DNA from: Antedon mediterranea
Taxonomy: Eukaryota; Animalia; Echinodermata
Length of the DNA stretch: 64,000 nucleotides
Assembly (NCBI RefSeq): GCF_964355755.1
Contig: NC_092680.1
Location: forward strand, 7,688,001-7,752,000
Reading direction: 5' to 3'
The translations under genes were made by a program, and so were the position numbers. Of this stretch, positions 36,802 to 50,733 are shown in pieces. Positions within the stretch are counted from its first letter, which is position 1. The number at the start of each line of letters is the position of its first letter. The notes under the pieces are model-generated. The model saw nothing but the letters and a program-made list of their open reading frames with translations. It was not told where the DNA came from and searched no databases.

Positions 36802-38175
36802 CCTTGGCAAAATATCTCACTACGTTGTTTAAGTATGTTTACTACACCTCCACATCCTATACCAACGTGTAAGTAGTGGAGGAGTTGAACAGATCAATAA
36901 AGTAACTGACATGTATTACTGAGATTGATTTTATACGTATACAGTTCACCAACTGAATAAACAAGACACATTTAAGACTAAAACATACTCTCATGAGCAT
37001 TAGTATGACGTCAGAACAACCAAATCCACATTAATGCTACTATTTTCCTGCATTTCTTGCATTTGATCTCTTATATAAAAAAGGTCAGTTAAAACTTGAA
37101 ACAAAACTGAATCAACATATCTATTTCAACATAACAATACACTGTGGAATATCTTGGCATCCTAAATGCTAAATTCATTTTAAAAAGTTTGCTACTTGCA
37201 AGTATCAAAAAACAAGTAGGCCTATAAACTTTAAACGCTTATGACAATACATTTAAATGCAAATTAATATGACGTGTACGAAATGTATAAGAGAATAGAA
37301 TTCCCATTCAATCACCACAAATTGCATTCAGTTCAGTTGTTTTAAAATTGATTTTACATGTTTGTCTATTGCAATCATACTTGGTTCTGATCCAAAAGCA
37401 TGATGTCATTTATTTCTCAATATTTTTGTTATTTTTAATTACTCTACCGTGTTTATTTTTATATAATTGTTTTAAATTTAAAGGTATATAGATTCGTATT
37501 AGTTAAGTATAGTTTTATATATTTTGTCATTTTTAAGTGGGCCCCTGAATATCAGCTGGCCTGCGGGTTCAGCTGGAAGGGTTACCCTCTATAAAAATAA
37601 AGTTTAAATAAAAAAAAATAAAAAAATGTATTCCGTTTATATTTCCCAGTTTAAATTTCAGTAAGCTATACAAATAACCTAATTGTACGCTAGTTACCTT
37701 GTGAAGTTTTTCTTTAAAAGAATAAATGACAGCTGCTGAAGACGGTTATATATTGTAGGCAGTCGTAACACTATACCTGTCCAAGCTTCTTTCACATGAC
37801 GCTTCATTGCGTATGATGCGCTCTCGGGTAACGCCCGTCACGCATTCCGTTTCGGAATGCATCGCTAATAGTTGTTGAGAACTGTGTGAAAATTCGATGT
37901 TTTGTCAGTATTAATGCATCCGCATGATTCCCCGAGCATTCAAGCATTTTGAGTCTTAACTTACAGGTTTATATCGTGTTGTATCTGTTCTTTTATGCAA
38001 GTAAATATTTCTAGTTGGGTCTTATTTGTGTAGTCTAGTTAACCATCAACCGTGATGAAAAATGTTCAACATATAGAAAACAAGTTTACAAACTCACAGA
38101 AATGGCAGGAATAGGCCAATTTTTTTTAAAATGAGTTACATAGGTCTATATCAGCAAGTGTTATGTATAGCCTGT

Positions 38176-38217
38176 AGCCTAGCCTAGCCTAGCCTAGCCT
38201 AGCCTAGCCTAGCCTAT
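38176..38217. repeat. (TAGCC)n pentanucleotide microsatellite
   Basis: About 8 perfect copies. Confidence 0.95.
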
Positions 38218-38754
38218 GTAGGATTATTACTGACTAACTTATGTGACGTAATCGTCCAGGCGATTAATTAGCATACTAAATCAGGGTATGTTATGAGCTG
38301 CAGAGTAACAAACAAACAACCCTAAATATATCAACAAGCAAATTATATTGGCCTATATAGGCCTACATAGCAACGATATGTCTTTAAAATGAGTTGCATG
38401 TATAATACCAGCAAGAAGTCGCGGGCAACCGCGAATTTGATTGAAATTAAATACTCAAGTTTACATAGTGAGAAGCAAACATTATCCGACATTCGATTGT
38501 TGAAGATTAATCGACTGAAACAAAGTATAGGATCGGTGGCATAAAAACGGTGAATGACGTCACAAATGAAACAATACTTATACCATTACCATTAATTAGT
38601 TTTTGCTGAGATCAAAAACAAATTTAATTAAAATAGCATTGTAAATACAGTATTACTTATATATGGTTAGCATATAGGCTTAATTCATTGAAAGAGTATC
38701 TTGTAATATCATATTGAACTATTTCAATATTTAATCGGATTGAAGACTCGTCTA

Positions 38755-38828
38755 GTGAAAAGCGACCTTAGAAGAGTGAAGAGCGACCGTAGAGTGAAGA
38801 GTGACCGTAGAGTGAAGAGTGACCGTAA
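38755..38828. repeat. 18-bp tandem repeat (gtgaagagtgaccgtaga), about 4 copies
   Basis: Seen directly. Gives RVKSDR peptide repeats. Confidence 0.85.
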
Positions 38829-38863
38829 ATGTAGTGCGTCATTTACGTCTCTGGAGAGGTTAC

Positions 38864-39780
38864 TTTTTGGTGGATATGATTTTTCTCTCTATCTTCGTCT
38901 TGTATTCTGGAGATCAAATGTGTCAATTTTGGTGGATATGATTTTGCTCCCCGTCTTCCTCTTGTATTCTGTAGATCGATGTTGTCAATTTTGGTGGATA
39001 TGATTTTGCTCTCCATCTTCCTCTCAGGTATTCTGGAGATCGATGGTGTATATTGGGATATGATTTTGCTCTCCATCTTCCTCTGGTATTCTGGAGATCT
39101 TCCTCTTGTATTTTAGAGATCAAAGGTGTCAATTCTGGGTGGATATGATTTTGCTCTCCATCTTCCTCTTGTTTCCCAGAGATCAAAGGTGTCAATTTTG
39201 GTGGATATGATTTTGCTCTTCATCTTCCTCTTGTATTCTGGAGATCAGTGTCAATTTTGGGTGGATATGATTTTGCTCCCCGTCTTCTTCAGATTGTATT
39301 CTGTAGATCGATGGTGCAAATATTGGTGGATATGATTTTGCTCTAAATCTTCCTCTGGTATTCTGGAGATCTTCCTCTTGTATTTTAGAGATCAAAGGTG
39401 TCAATTTTGGGTGGATATGATTTTGCTCTCCATCTTCCTCTTGTTTCCCAGAGATCAAAAGTGTCAATTTTGGTGGATATGATTTTGCTCCACATCTTCC
39501 TCTTGTATTTTGGAGATCAAAGTAGCCAATTTTGGTGGATATGATTTTGCTCCCCATCTTCCTCTTGTATTTTGGACATAAAAGGTGCCAATTTTAGTGG
39601 ATACGATTTTGCTCTCCATCTTCCACTGGTATTCTGGAGATCGTCCTCTTGTATTTTAGAGATCAAAGGTGTTAATTTTGGTAGATATGATTTTGCTCCC
39701 CATCTTCCTCTTGTATTTTAGAGATACAAGGTGTACATTTTGGTGGATATGATTTTTCTCTCCATCTTCCTTTTCTAGAG
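38864..39780. repeat. About 60-bp tandem array (ttttggtggatatgattttgctctccatcttcctcttgtattctggagatcaaaggtgtcaa)
   Basis: About 14 diverged units, some with an internal 22-bp duplication. Confidence 0.93.
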
Positions 39781-40735
39781 ATGTTGTGGGTATTACTTTT
39801 CTTGTAGTCTTTATGCCAAAAGATTCAACCTTGTTGAACACAAATGGAATCTATTTACCTTTCTCTTGAATGTCATATTTGTTGTTTTAAATTTAATTTA
39901 CGTAACATTTACAATGTTGTTTTTGCTTATTATCCCAACTTGGTGAACAATTCTTAAATTAGACACCGGCATGATTCACAATGGATATGTTGTTATATAT
40001 TTATCAAGTTCATAAAACTATTTTATTTTTTAACCCGTTTTGTGTTATTGTAAAAATGTCTTATCTGTATGCCAAGTGCTTAATGATTTTATTAAAGATG
40101 ACGTTTTTATAAATTTAATTGCAATGTATTTACGTAATAGCTGCTTTATGCGATATGAACACGAAGTCCAATGTAAGCGTGCCATTTTGTATTAATATTA
40201 TTAGATTCGAGAAACCGCAATTTTAACATAAAGATGCCAAATAGATTTTTTTGTGTTTAATTTGTATTGTATAATTGACTTTTATTATTATCATATGTAC
40301 TTGTATTAGGTCTACTTTGATTTGTTAGTTGCATTATAATTGCATCAAGGCCTATCGGCATGTAATTTAAACAACATGTCTCTTCAGAAAACATTACAAA
40401 ACGTAGTGTTATCTCAAATGTTTCTTAAAGTCATCTTGATTTCATAGTCAGAAACTGAAATTTATAATCATAATTGTCTTGTGTAAGAGCCGGCGTAATA
40501 CAATCGTACGTGATATTAAAAACGCACTTTTATTGATAGGACATAGTAAAGAGAGTGATGTACACTTAAATGTGAATTGTCAGAATACTATTATTCAATG
40601 ATATCCTTATACGTGTAAAGACATTACGGCGTCTTTATGAATGGACGGCATGAGAACTGCAACATGTCTGTAGACATACGTGCTCTATGTTTGCGCAAAG
40701 TTTGAGAGGATATATTTCAACCACGGCAACTAACA

Positions 40736-40917
40736 GGTCCAATTTCACAGACGAGCGGTAATACTAACAGTAAGCGGAAAACCGCGTAGCTTTTCCCACG
40801 TAGAATCTGAGCGGAAACCTCCCATTCGCGCTCCGCGTTTTGTGTAAATGGTCATAAGAAATACGGTAACATAGATTTTTTTTTTGCCCGTTACCACTCG
40901 TCTGTGTAAATTGGCCT
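40736..40917. mobile_element. MITE (aggccaatttacacagacgagcgg family), copy 1
   Basis: Imperfect TIR ccaattt.cacagacgagcggtaa / ttaccactcgtctgtgtaaattggcct. Homologous to 62346-62523. Confidence 0.75.
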
Positions 40918-43900
40918 CAAGATAAAGTATAACAAACGGTACAGATACCTGCCTATAATTTTACAGTTTTAGATAGTTTTTACCAGTTCTGTCGATAGAT
41001 ATTTGCTTGATGTATCTTATGCATTGTCGTGAAACCTAAGCGTTGTACATACCATGGAAGTATAACATATTATTTTCTTCCTTAATGCATAAAAAAAGGA
41101 TTATATTTACAATAGCATCGTTTAAAAAAAAAACACCAGGTATCGTTTTTTTCAATTCAATTCGACGAAAAAGTACAGTGCATCAAACAGATTTTGGAAA
41201 AGCAATTATGCACAAAGCGCTGCCTCTAATAAAAAAATAATTTCGATAATTAACATACATATTGAATTAGATAAATCCCTAACGTCACTGTGTGCATGTA
41301 CGAGAATATGTTATCACAACAGGTCACTAAAAGAAAATTATTGTTTTACGTTTTCAATTATAGAGGGCGTGGTTTACGTTTTGTAGGCTTAATGTTATCT
41401 TCATTTCTATTTAAAGATAACCGTTGTATCTAGGAGGAGGTAACGTACATACGAAAGGTGGGTATCAATATAGATAACATGTATTACCATACACCTACGT
41501 TTGAAACGTATAGGCTCATCCATAGAAAGATAATCAAATCGTTTATAACAGCTATTTTTCTGTAAATAAAGCATTTGTGGTAGAGATTTAAGACAGTGAG
41601 TTAGGCCTAAGGGTTATTATCTGAAGAAGACATTCGGTAGGCCTACTTTAAAAATAATTTCTAGTGACAAATTCTGCAAGGCATCCGTAGTGCACTAAGT
41701 GGCGAACTGTATTAAAATTGTGTACCTATAGGTGAGAAACCAAAGATTGTTGTAGGCTACTACTACACTCTAGTATAGTTATGAACTTATCTTTTTATAT
41801 ATTGTTTGTAATTCTTTGTCTTTGTTTTGTAAAAAAAATTAAATGTATAGGGCTGTTGTTTGATTTTGTTTTTATATGTCAAGAGCTCATAAAATCCAAT
41901 CAGTTCTGTCTCAAGAATAGTAATTATTAGTTAGTGATAACAATGTAAACTAAAATAAATACATGAATAATCTAATTTGTGTTAATTCCAGTTTCCAGTA
42001 AACTACTGGGTTATCTGTTATACCAGAATATAATCAGTTTATTTAAAGAATATCTCCATGTTTGAAATTTATATTATTTTCTATACAAAAATATAGGCCT
42101 AAACCTTTGCAACAACATCGGTAATAAATTCCATTATTTTTTGTCAGTGGTAAAACAGAACGAACATCGTGAAATAAGCCTATTACAAAAATGGTGCATG
42201 ACTTCTCTACCGCTGTCAAAAATTAAGTGGGGTTGTACCAATGTTGTTTATATTTGATAAACAATTTATACTCAGAGTTGCCCTTTAAATCCTAACCCCA
42301 GTTACAGAACTGAAAAGTTACACCATTTGAACTGTACTTTGATTTCTTTAAACTAGAACGGTTCATGTGTTTGCTCTTTAAATGAGAAAGTTAACGGATG
42401 TGCTGTTTTCAAAATGGTAAAATAATGCATAATCACAAACTCTGGTAGCTATATTCGTATTTAGGCCAAATGCGTTTGCGTTGGTGGTGTTGACGGATTC
42501 AGGGTATAGAGCGGTGCCGAAATAAGCATTAATTGATAATGTACGGCCGGTAGACTATAATTGTTATAATGTATGCAACGGTACCACTGATGATAATGTT
42601 GAGCACATTGAGTATGATTCATCCTTTCATGATTCATCGTTTGATTTAACTATGGACACACGCCTTGAAATAAGAACGGTAGAGTATGTTAGTATGGTTG
42701 GAGAAAATACATGTCGCTATTGAACTTCATGCATATATACACTGTTTATTCTTTCATACCATCGTTTTCTTTTTCCAGCACCACCATCGGGTTGTCTCAC
42801 CTGAATAGGGGTTAGCTGTAGTAGTGTTAACATTTTTTGGGGGGTGGGGGTTGTTACTTATTTACGAATACACTGATGTATAATTTATGTCAGTCCCTTC
42901 TTGAGGATACTGATACTCCATTCTGATCCAGAAATACACCGGCGCACAGTTTGTTCAGTGGCAGATAGTAGGCATACCACCACTTCTTTCATTTAAGGAC
43001 TTATAGGCCTACTATTTGTGGTTTCAGATGGAAATCCGCATCCCGATTTCATATAAATACCACTTTCCGGGTCAGGGAGAGAAACACAGAGAATGTTAAT
43101 TTCAATTTTCAGAATTATGAAAATATCAAGTAATCGTAATCGTTCAACAAAAAGGCTTGTTAAATAATTGAAATAGTCGTCTATTGGGGGCGGCAAAACC
43201 ATAACAGAACGTATGATGTGAAATTGAGCAGTCCTACTAAAATCTTGCATTGATCTGCTTACAAAGAGTTAAGTGGAAAACATCATCGGGTAATTATATA
43301 TGTTGATTTATTGTTGCTAATTCACAAATACTGATTAAATTAAGTCATGTGCATATACTCCTCTATTTAATTTATTTCATGAGTACCGTAGTAGAGTGTG
43401 TCCTCCTAGCTGGTAGTAAGCCGTTATTAATAATAATTCAGCCTCCATTGACTTTTTGAGGTCGGTCCTTACTGTAAAGTATATACAGATAATGGGGTGA
43501 CTTGTGGTACAGAATAGTGGTTCTTAAGAGGCGTAATTGTTGGAGTGTGGTAGAGACAAGTATCCCAGGAATCTTGTGAGCTGATGATATTCACTAACCT
43601 GACCAAAGATCGTGACATTATTTTGATTGTTGACTGCATCATTGTGTCTATGAAATTAACTGTGAAGGGTGGTACTTAGTCGAACGTCACCGTTCATAAA
43701 TTTACCATGAACAATTAGTTAGAATAAAACGCCCTTTTTAGTTATTTAAAATTTATGAACATATTCCGGTATCTATATTTCAACATTTAACATACAATAC
43801 AATTTAAGCCAAATAATAATCTATAGCAGCAAAATGCAAAGTTAAATTTACATCAATTTTTTATATTTTTTTTATTAAAAAAAATTAAATAAAAATTGTA

Positions 43901-45157
43901 ACAAAACTGTAAACTATCGCAACGAGCGTGGGAGGCAAAAATAAGCGTTTAGCAAGATAAAAACAAACCTGGGTGGAAAAGCAGACTAAAAGTGAGATAG
44001 AAGTGGGCTATTGTATATTAATAATGTATTATATATACGTTGATTAATATTTATTTATAAATTTACATTTGACATGAATGAGACATTCGTCCACACTTTG
44101 CGCAATTTGACATACGTAAAAAACAATCTGGGATGCGTTTCCTTATTTCTGGGGTCCTATCTACAGACCTTATCTCACGAGGACCCCATCAATAAGTGCA
44201 GTTCTATTAAAGTTAGAGTACTTAAACTATTACACTACAAAAATGAAAATCACACTGCAATAATAATTGTCTTGTATTTTCGTCATACCTAAATTTACAG
44301 AGCTAACGTTTAGTTCTCGTTGTCTTGTGAATTGTTTTGAATTCTTCGACTGTAATCATGCGTTATGATCATAATGCTAAATGTTAGTCTTTCTAAGTTG
44401 ACGCCATAGCATATTATCATTAGCTATATTTGGCATTATGTTTATCTGTCTCTCCATGCTTTCTTCTACTTGAATCATGTCGGCATGATTAAATCAAGTA
44501 TTTTCTAAGGCCCGAGACATTCATTTTCTTAATGATGATATTTTGGTGTTTATTCGAAATACATATTTCTAGTTTGTTTGTTTAGTTAAGTTATAGCTAA
44601 TTAGTTGTCGACGAGGCGATTGGGTCAAGGCCTCTATTTGATGGAAAAGATTGAAAAACAACTCTTTTAGAGTAAAAATTCATTTATGGAGTGAATAGTG
44701 ATCAGTGGTAACTTATTGAGGAGTGTGCTTAAGAACCACTTAATAAAATACTCAATCACTTTGTGTTAACACATTTTATTGATCATAGAGTGAAGTCTTC
44801 AAGCGATTAGATCATTTCAGACAATTTTTTTAACCACTCTTGAAGAGTGAAAACAGCGGGTGTAATTTTCAGGAGAGTAAGCCTACAAACAGGTGATATA
44901 ATAATGAGTAGGCCTATTTATAATAATGATTATACGCGATCAATATGGCGGCGATTACAACAAAGAATGAATAGGATCTTATCTGATAGGATGATGATGA
45001 TGTTTACAGTGGTGTTATTCCTTTTATCGAGAATTAATTTATTTAAAAAATTCCACAGTTTTAAAAACGAAAAAATATAACGTTGTATTTATTGCTCTTG
45101 AATATGTTATTAATCTAATAATTTATTTTTTATTTATCTAATTATTGTTTTTCACAG

Positions 45158-45301
45158 GTGCCTGACAAATATTTACTAGATTGAAGATACACAATACACC
45201 GGATCCAGATTTTTTACTATCTACTCTCAGATGATGACGATTACAGTAAAATCGTCATGCCGATCATCTAGTAAATTGCATCAATTGCGCTCACATTGTC
45301 G
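45158..45301 (+). other. Candidate 5'-UTR exon of the SK channel gene
   Basis: Strong acceptor ttgtttttcacag (ends 45157) and donor G|gtgagt (45302). Based on splice signals only. Confidence 0.4.
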
Positions 45302-45720
45302 GTGAGTCTTTATGTACACATTTTGCAAAACATGACCTTTCAACGAGATTTTAAATCCCCTATGATTGCCGCAAAATAAATAAGATGGCCATTGATAATG
45401 GATAGATATTGTTACTACTAAGTTAAAGATTTCATCAGTTGCAAACATCAAATACATTGGATTTTCAGTAGCGTACGTCTTATCGGTTTCTGTTGATTTT
45501 ATTTTAATTTAATTTTGTTTGACTTTTGAATATACGTTGGCAGATTGATACTGGAAATTACTGTACTGGAATAATATGCGACGGAAAAGGTGACTATTGC
45601 AAACAGATCCGCATACTATTTTGTCGAAATTCTGTGATGTATTTATTTTACGTGTCGGAATGAAGTGATCTATGTAGGCCTACACTATTTTTATAAAAGA
45701 AATGCATATAAAACAACCAA

Positions 45721-46518
45721 ATGAAAAATCGAAACACAAAAGGAGATAAACTTCGAAGTCAGAAAATGTCTGTACTGCATGTCAGTCCTGCGCGTCAAAG
45801 TGCGAGAATTGACTCGAGAGAAAATATCCGCAGAAAAAGCGGAGACACTGCGCCCTCTACTGACGTTAAAAACTCAATTGGAAACGCTGGTATGGAATCC
45901 AGAATGAAATTATCGTTCGAGCAGCAGCAGCAACACAATCGTAGGCAGACGAGAGCGACTACGCACAATCTGCCAGAACCGCCGCAACCGGAGAATATTG
46001 CCCTTCTCCCCCAATGTACATGTCGGCCCTATACAACGACGGAGGCACCGCAGATAGCGGACTCTGATCCTGTTACAGTCGCCGTGGCTCCCCGATCGGG
46101 CAACGAGAGAATCGTTGGGGAAAATAGTAAACACTCACATGGAAATTCTAAGCGCCCAACATCGTCGAACGTCAATGAAAGCAGTTCAGCAAACAATAAC
46201 GCCTTTATAGAAATAGCCAGGAACACGGCAGTCATCAACGGGACTTTGCCCCGATTTCGGCACCTTCGCAACCCATCGATCGCTTCTGAAATGAAGGAGA
46301 ATGGTTCGAAGGATGCCAATTCTAAAAAGGACTACAGGCCGTTCGCTGCTAATCGGCAAAAGAACCACCATAATAACTCAACTAGTTATCGTTTAGGAAT
46401 CCGAAAGAGTATATTCGAAAAGCGGAAACGTCTAAGTGATTATGCATTGATTGTTGGTATGTTTGGAATAGTAGTTATGATAATTGAAACAGAGTTATCA
46501 TGGTTCGTATACAGTAAG
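45721..46518 (+). CDS. KCNN: Small-conductance Ca2+-activated K+ channel (SK/KCNN), first coding exon
   Basis: Ends in [44 protein letters not shown], the diagnostic SK pre-S1/S1 segment. Donor AAG|gtaaga at 46519 (phase 0) is at the conserved KCNN intron position. The start codon choice is uncertain, and the following exon was not seen in the window. Confidence 0.95.
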
Positions 46519-47973
46519 GTAAGAAATATTCATATTTTTTCAACATTTTTTTATATTACTTATTCATCAATATTCTGTTAATCATGTCACCCCTTTTCTC
46601 ATATCAGTATCGATTTGCTATATGTCTTTGTGTATAATATTCGACGTATTAGTTAGCGAAATATCACGAGTCCCGTGAGAGGATTATTTCTACGCTGTAT
46701 CGTCGTAAATAATCTCGCAGACTATCGGAGAAATCTTACGATGTCAGACTTATAAATTATAATTAAAACCTTGTTATTTCATAATTCAAAGCACTTATAT
46801 TTTGAAATTTATTCCGTAGAATGACATTTTCACCAGGTAGTAGTAATAAGCCATTGCTTTTATGTTGTAAACGAACAATAGCCGCCGATGGCAGTTACAA
46901 TGTAATCAGCACGCTCTCGTATAATTGCTTATTATTTTGATAAGCTGGGATTCTTCTACAATGCACGACCTCAAAATATTCACAGCTAAATGGTAATAAT
47001 ACATCTCATACATATGTTATATTTCTGTACATAGACGCTGTTAATGTTAATATGCTGCTGCACACATTATGACGTAGTAGATATAACGAGGGGCCTTTAA
47101 TTTCAAGTGTTGAACATTTCTCGCTTCTTTTTATACATGAGCTTGTGGCGTTGAAAGGCCTCCCATTATACATTCGCCTACTTTGTTGTTGACTAGCTTT
47201 TTTCTCCTCGACGAGCGGTCTTTCCGTTTCCATTATTTATGCGGCTTCATTAGGCAATGCGGAAAAAGCATATTGCGGCAATAGAATAACTAGTCTTGTA
47301 ATAAATCGTTAATATCTAACCAGAGAGCTTTTATACCATCATATTTTATACAACCGTTACTATGTCTATATCTAGCTGTCAAGTGGCAACAAGTTCTCTT
47401 AATAAAAATAGAATTAAATGAGGAATATAATTATAATTTACTATAAATAATAATTAGTATTTATATTAATTAGGATAAATAATAAATACTGTACTAATAA
47501 TAATAGCAACTTTATTTACACAACAAATACTCGAATATTGTACCGTACTTTTTATAAATTGAAAAAAGGTTATTATAATAACGCGTGGGGACTAATTATA
47601 ATAATTTGATTTGAAATTTTGAGAGGATTGCCTTACAAATGATGTACTTATAGTTTATTTCTATTTTATAGGTAGTGATAACTTAAATAGAGATTTGTAT
47701 GAAATTTTGCTGTATGCAATTATACGCGGTCTGAAGGTTATTTACATAAAGCCCAGCTCTTTACATACGCTAATATATGCTGATTTATTGTTTCTACATC
47801 TAATTCGATTCTTGATTGGCATACAACAACCGTATAATCGTCCATGCATCAGATCATGATAATGCATATTCGATGATAATATTATACACGGACGGTCGTT
47901 TACTATATTCCTATTCAGCCGTGTGTCCGCCAATCTTTCGCCCGCGTTTCGTCATGCTTACCGGTTGCGCTAA

Positions 47974-48152
47974 AGCTTGGTTCCCACTAGAACGTAACGC
48001 AAGGACGTAAACGCAACGCAAGCGTTTTAACCAATGACAAGCGAAATTATAGACAGTTAGCAATCACAAGCGAATAAGCCATCGCTTGTGATTGGTCAAT
48101 TCACTTGCGTTGCGTTACGTCCTTGTGTTGCGTCGCTAGTGGGAACCACGCT
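47974..48152. mobile_element. Fold-back MITE (Harbinger-like)
   Basis: AGCTTGGTTCCCACTAG..AACGCAAGGACGTAA / TTACGTCCTTGTGTT..CTAGTGGGAACCACGCT. Flanks TAA and TTA. Confidence 0.85.
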
Positions 48153-49457
48153 TTAACGTAACGTATACGTCTGCGTTTTGTATCTCGCTCTCTTGCTCGT
48201 TGTACATGGTAGACCCCCTGGGGGGGGGGGGGGGCGGAGAGGGCTTCTCTTGGTGGGAAGCACTTCATTTCACTATATTAGTCCCACCACTGTCGTACGT
48301 CTCTTCTGTTGCTCCTCCTTTAAACTTTAAACTCATCCTAATCTATATCATGTATGGAGCTTTCAAGTTAAGACGACTTAGGGTCAGAATATTGTTGTGT
48401 GACTAGTCATTGTGAGCCTATAAACCACCAAAACTGCTTCGAGAGTAATCGGGCGAGGAAACACGTCCCATTGCCCCGTATACGTTAAATGGGAACTAGT
48501 TCATATGTCCTGGTCTTTGAAGATCGAAAGCTACATAGTGCCCCTACGCTATCGGCGTCAAACAAAGTTTTAATATCTGTTTCTATTGTTGAAAAAGAAA
48601 AAGTAAAACATGTTTATAGCACAGCTTATGGAGACCTACCATACTTTCTCTGACTACCTTACTAAAAGCTAGTGTACTTTCCTGATTATTCGTGTAAGTG
48701 AACACTGTACGTGATTATGAAATGTCGAATATGCATTCGCGTCTACGTATGTGACGTATACGTGTCATTTCGTTACAATAAACTATTCTAGCTGCGCTCG
48801 GCGTAAATGACATATTCATAATGGGAAGTTCTCATCTTACATTTTTCATCTTACCTTGTTGTTCAGATCAAATAAGGTGTTAATCTATATTCGTCAATTG
48901 CACTATAGCGTTAATAGCTTTCATTATTTCAATCTCGTATTACGTCGTTATACCCGTCCGGATAACAAAAAGAAGATAACCAGGTATTAAGACTATTGCT
49001 GTATAATGTACAGAACTGTAGTTAACTTAACGATCAACTTTTGTTAACTACTTTGTATTGCCTTTTTAGTATTTCACCGCTGGGTATACGGTAATATTTG
49101 GCCTATAAATAACCGCTTCAAATGACAGTTTCTCATTAAATACATGTTTTATACGTAATATATTCCGCGTCGAGTCGAATGAAGGGGATGTTATATAGAA
49201 AGCAGGAGATTATTCTATTATACTGAATCATTGAGGCCTTTTCATGACATCTCAGATTATCACTGACAAATAGAGATAACAGTGGCAAATCAATCATATA
49301 ATCTTAAAGAAAAAGGTGCAGTATATAAAGCAATTTATGTTTACCTACTGTTACCCATTGTAACTCATTTTAACGGCATAATGCCACGACGTACATTTAA
49401 TGTCGGATTGAAAGATATATACCGACAAATCACATTAATTGTACCGTAAATTGAAGT

Positions 49458-50733
49458 CCTAGATCCCGATTCATACTAAAATATCGTAAGACTAGAATAC
49501 AGATGTGTATGTGTGCCTAGATCCCGATTCATACTATAATATTGTAAGCCTAGAATACATGTGTATGTGTGCCTAGATCCCGATTCATACTATAATATTG
49601 TAAGACTAGAATACAGATGTGTATGTGTGCCTAGATCTCGATTTATACTTATTACTATATAATATTGTAAGACTAGAATACAGATGTGTATGTGTGCCTA
49701 GATCCCGATTCATACTATAATATTGTAAGACTAGAATACAGATGTGTATGTGTGCCTAGATCCCGATTCATACTATAATATTGTAAGACTAGAATACAGA
49801 TGTGTATGTGTGCCTAGATCCCGATTCATACTATAATATTGTAAGACTAGAATACAGATGTGTATGTGTGCCTAGATCCCGATTCATACTATAATATTGT
49901 AAGACTAGAATACAGATGTGTATGTGTGCCTAGATCCCGATTCATACTATAATATTGTAAGACTAGAATACAGATGTGTATGTGTGCCTAGATCCCGATT
50001 CATACTATAATATTGTAAGACTAGAATACAGATGTGTATGTGTGCCTAGATCCCGATTCATACTATAATATTGTAAGACTAGAATACAGATGTGTATATG
50101 TGTGCCTAGATCCCGATTCATACTATAATATTGTAAGACTAGAATACAGATGTGTATGTGTGCCTAGATCCCGATTCATACTATAATATTGTAAGACTAG
50201 AATACAGATGTGTATGTGTGCCTAGATCCCGATTCATACTATAATATTGTAAGACTAGAATACAGATGTGTATGTGTGCCTAGATCCCGATTCATACTAT
50301 AATATTGTAAGACTAGAATACAGATGTGTATGTGTGCCTAGATCCCGATTCATACTATAATATTGTAAGACTAGAATACAGATGTGTATGTGTGCCTAGA
50401 TCCCGATTCATACTATAATATTGTAAGACTAGAATACAGATGTATGTGTGCCTAGATCCCGATTCATACTATAATATTGTAAGACTAGAATACAGATGTG
50501 TATGTGTGCCTAGATCCCGATTCATACTATAATATTGTAAGACTAGAATACAGATGTGTATATGTGTGCCTAGATCCCGATTCATACTATAATATTGTAA
50601 GACTAGAATACAGATGTGTATGTGTATCTAGATCCCGATTCATACTATAATATTGTAAGACTAGAATACAGATGTGTATGTGTATCTAGATCCCGATTCA
50701 TACTATAGGCCTAATATTGTAAGACTAGAATAC
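49458..50733. repeat. 58-bp tandem array, about 22 near-identical copies
   Basis: Unit cctagatcccgattcatactataatattgtaagactagaatacagatgtgtatgtgtg (e.g. 50221, 50279). Confidence 0.97.

Noticed and set aside
37732-37772. CTGAAGA...GTAAC hammerhead-like motif
   Set aside because: GAAA is replaced by GTAA, stem II is weak and there is no stem I partner.
45910-46371. Antisense ORFs over the SK exon
   Set aside because: Shadow ORFs of a GC-richer coding exon.
49458-50733. CRISPR-like regular array (also 56995-57446 and 38864-39780)
   Set aside because: Units are contiguous with no unique spacers, there are no cas genes, and the context is eukaryotic.
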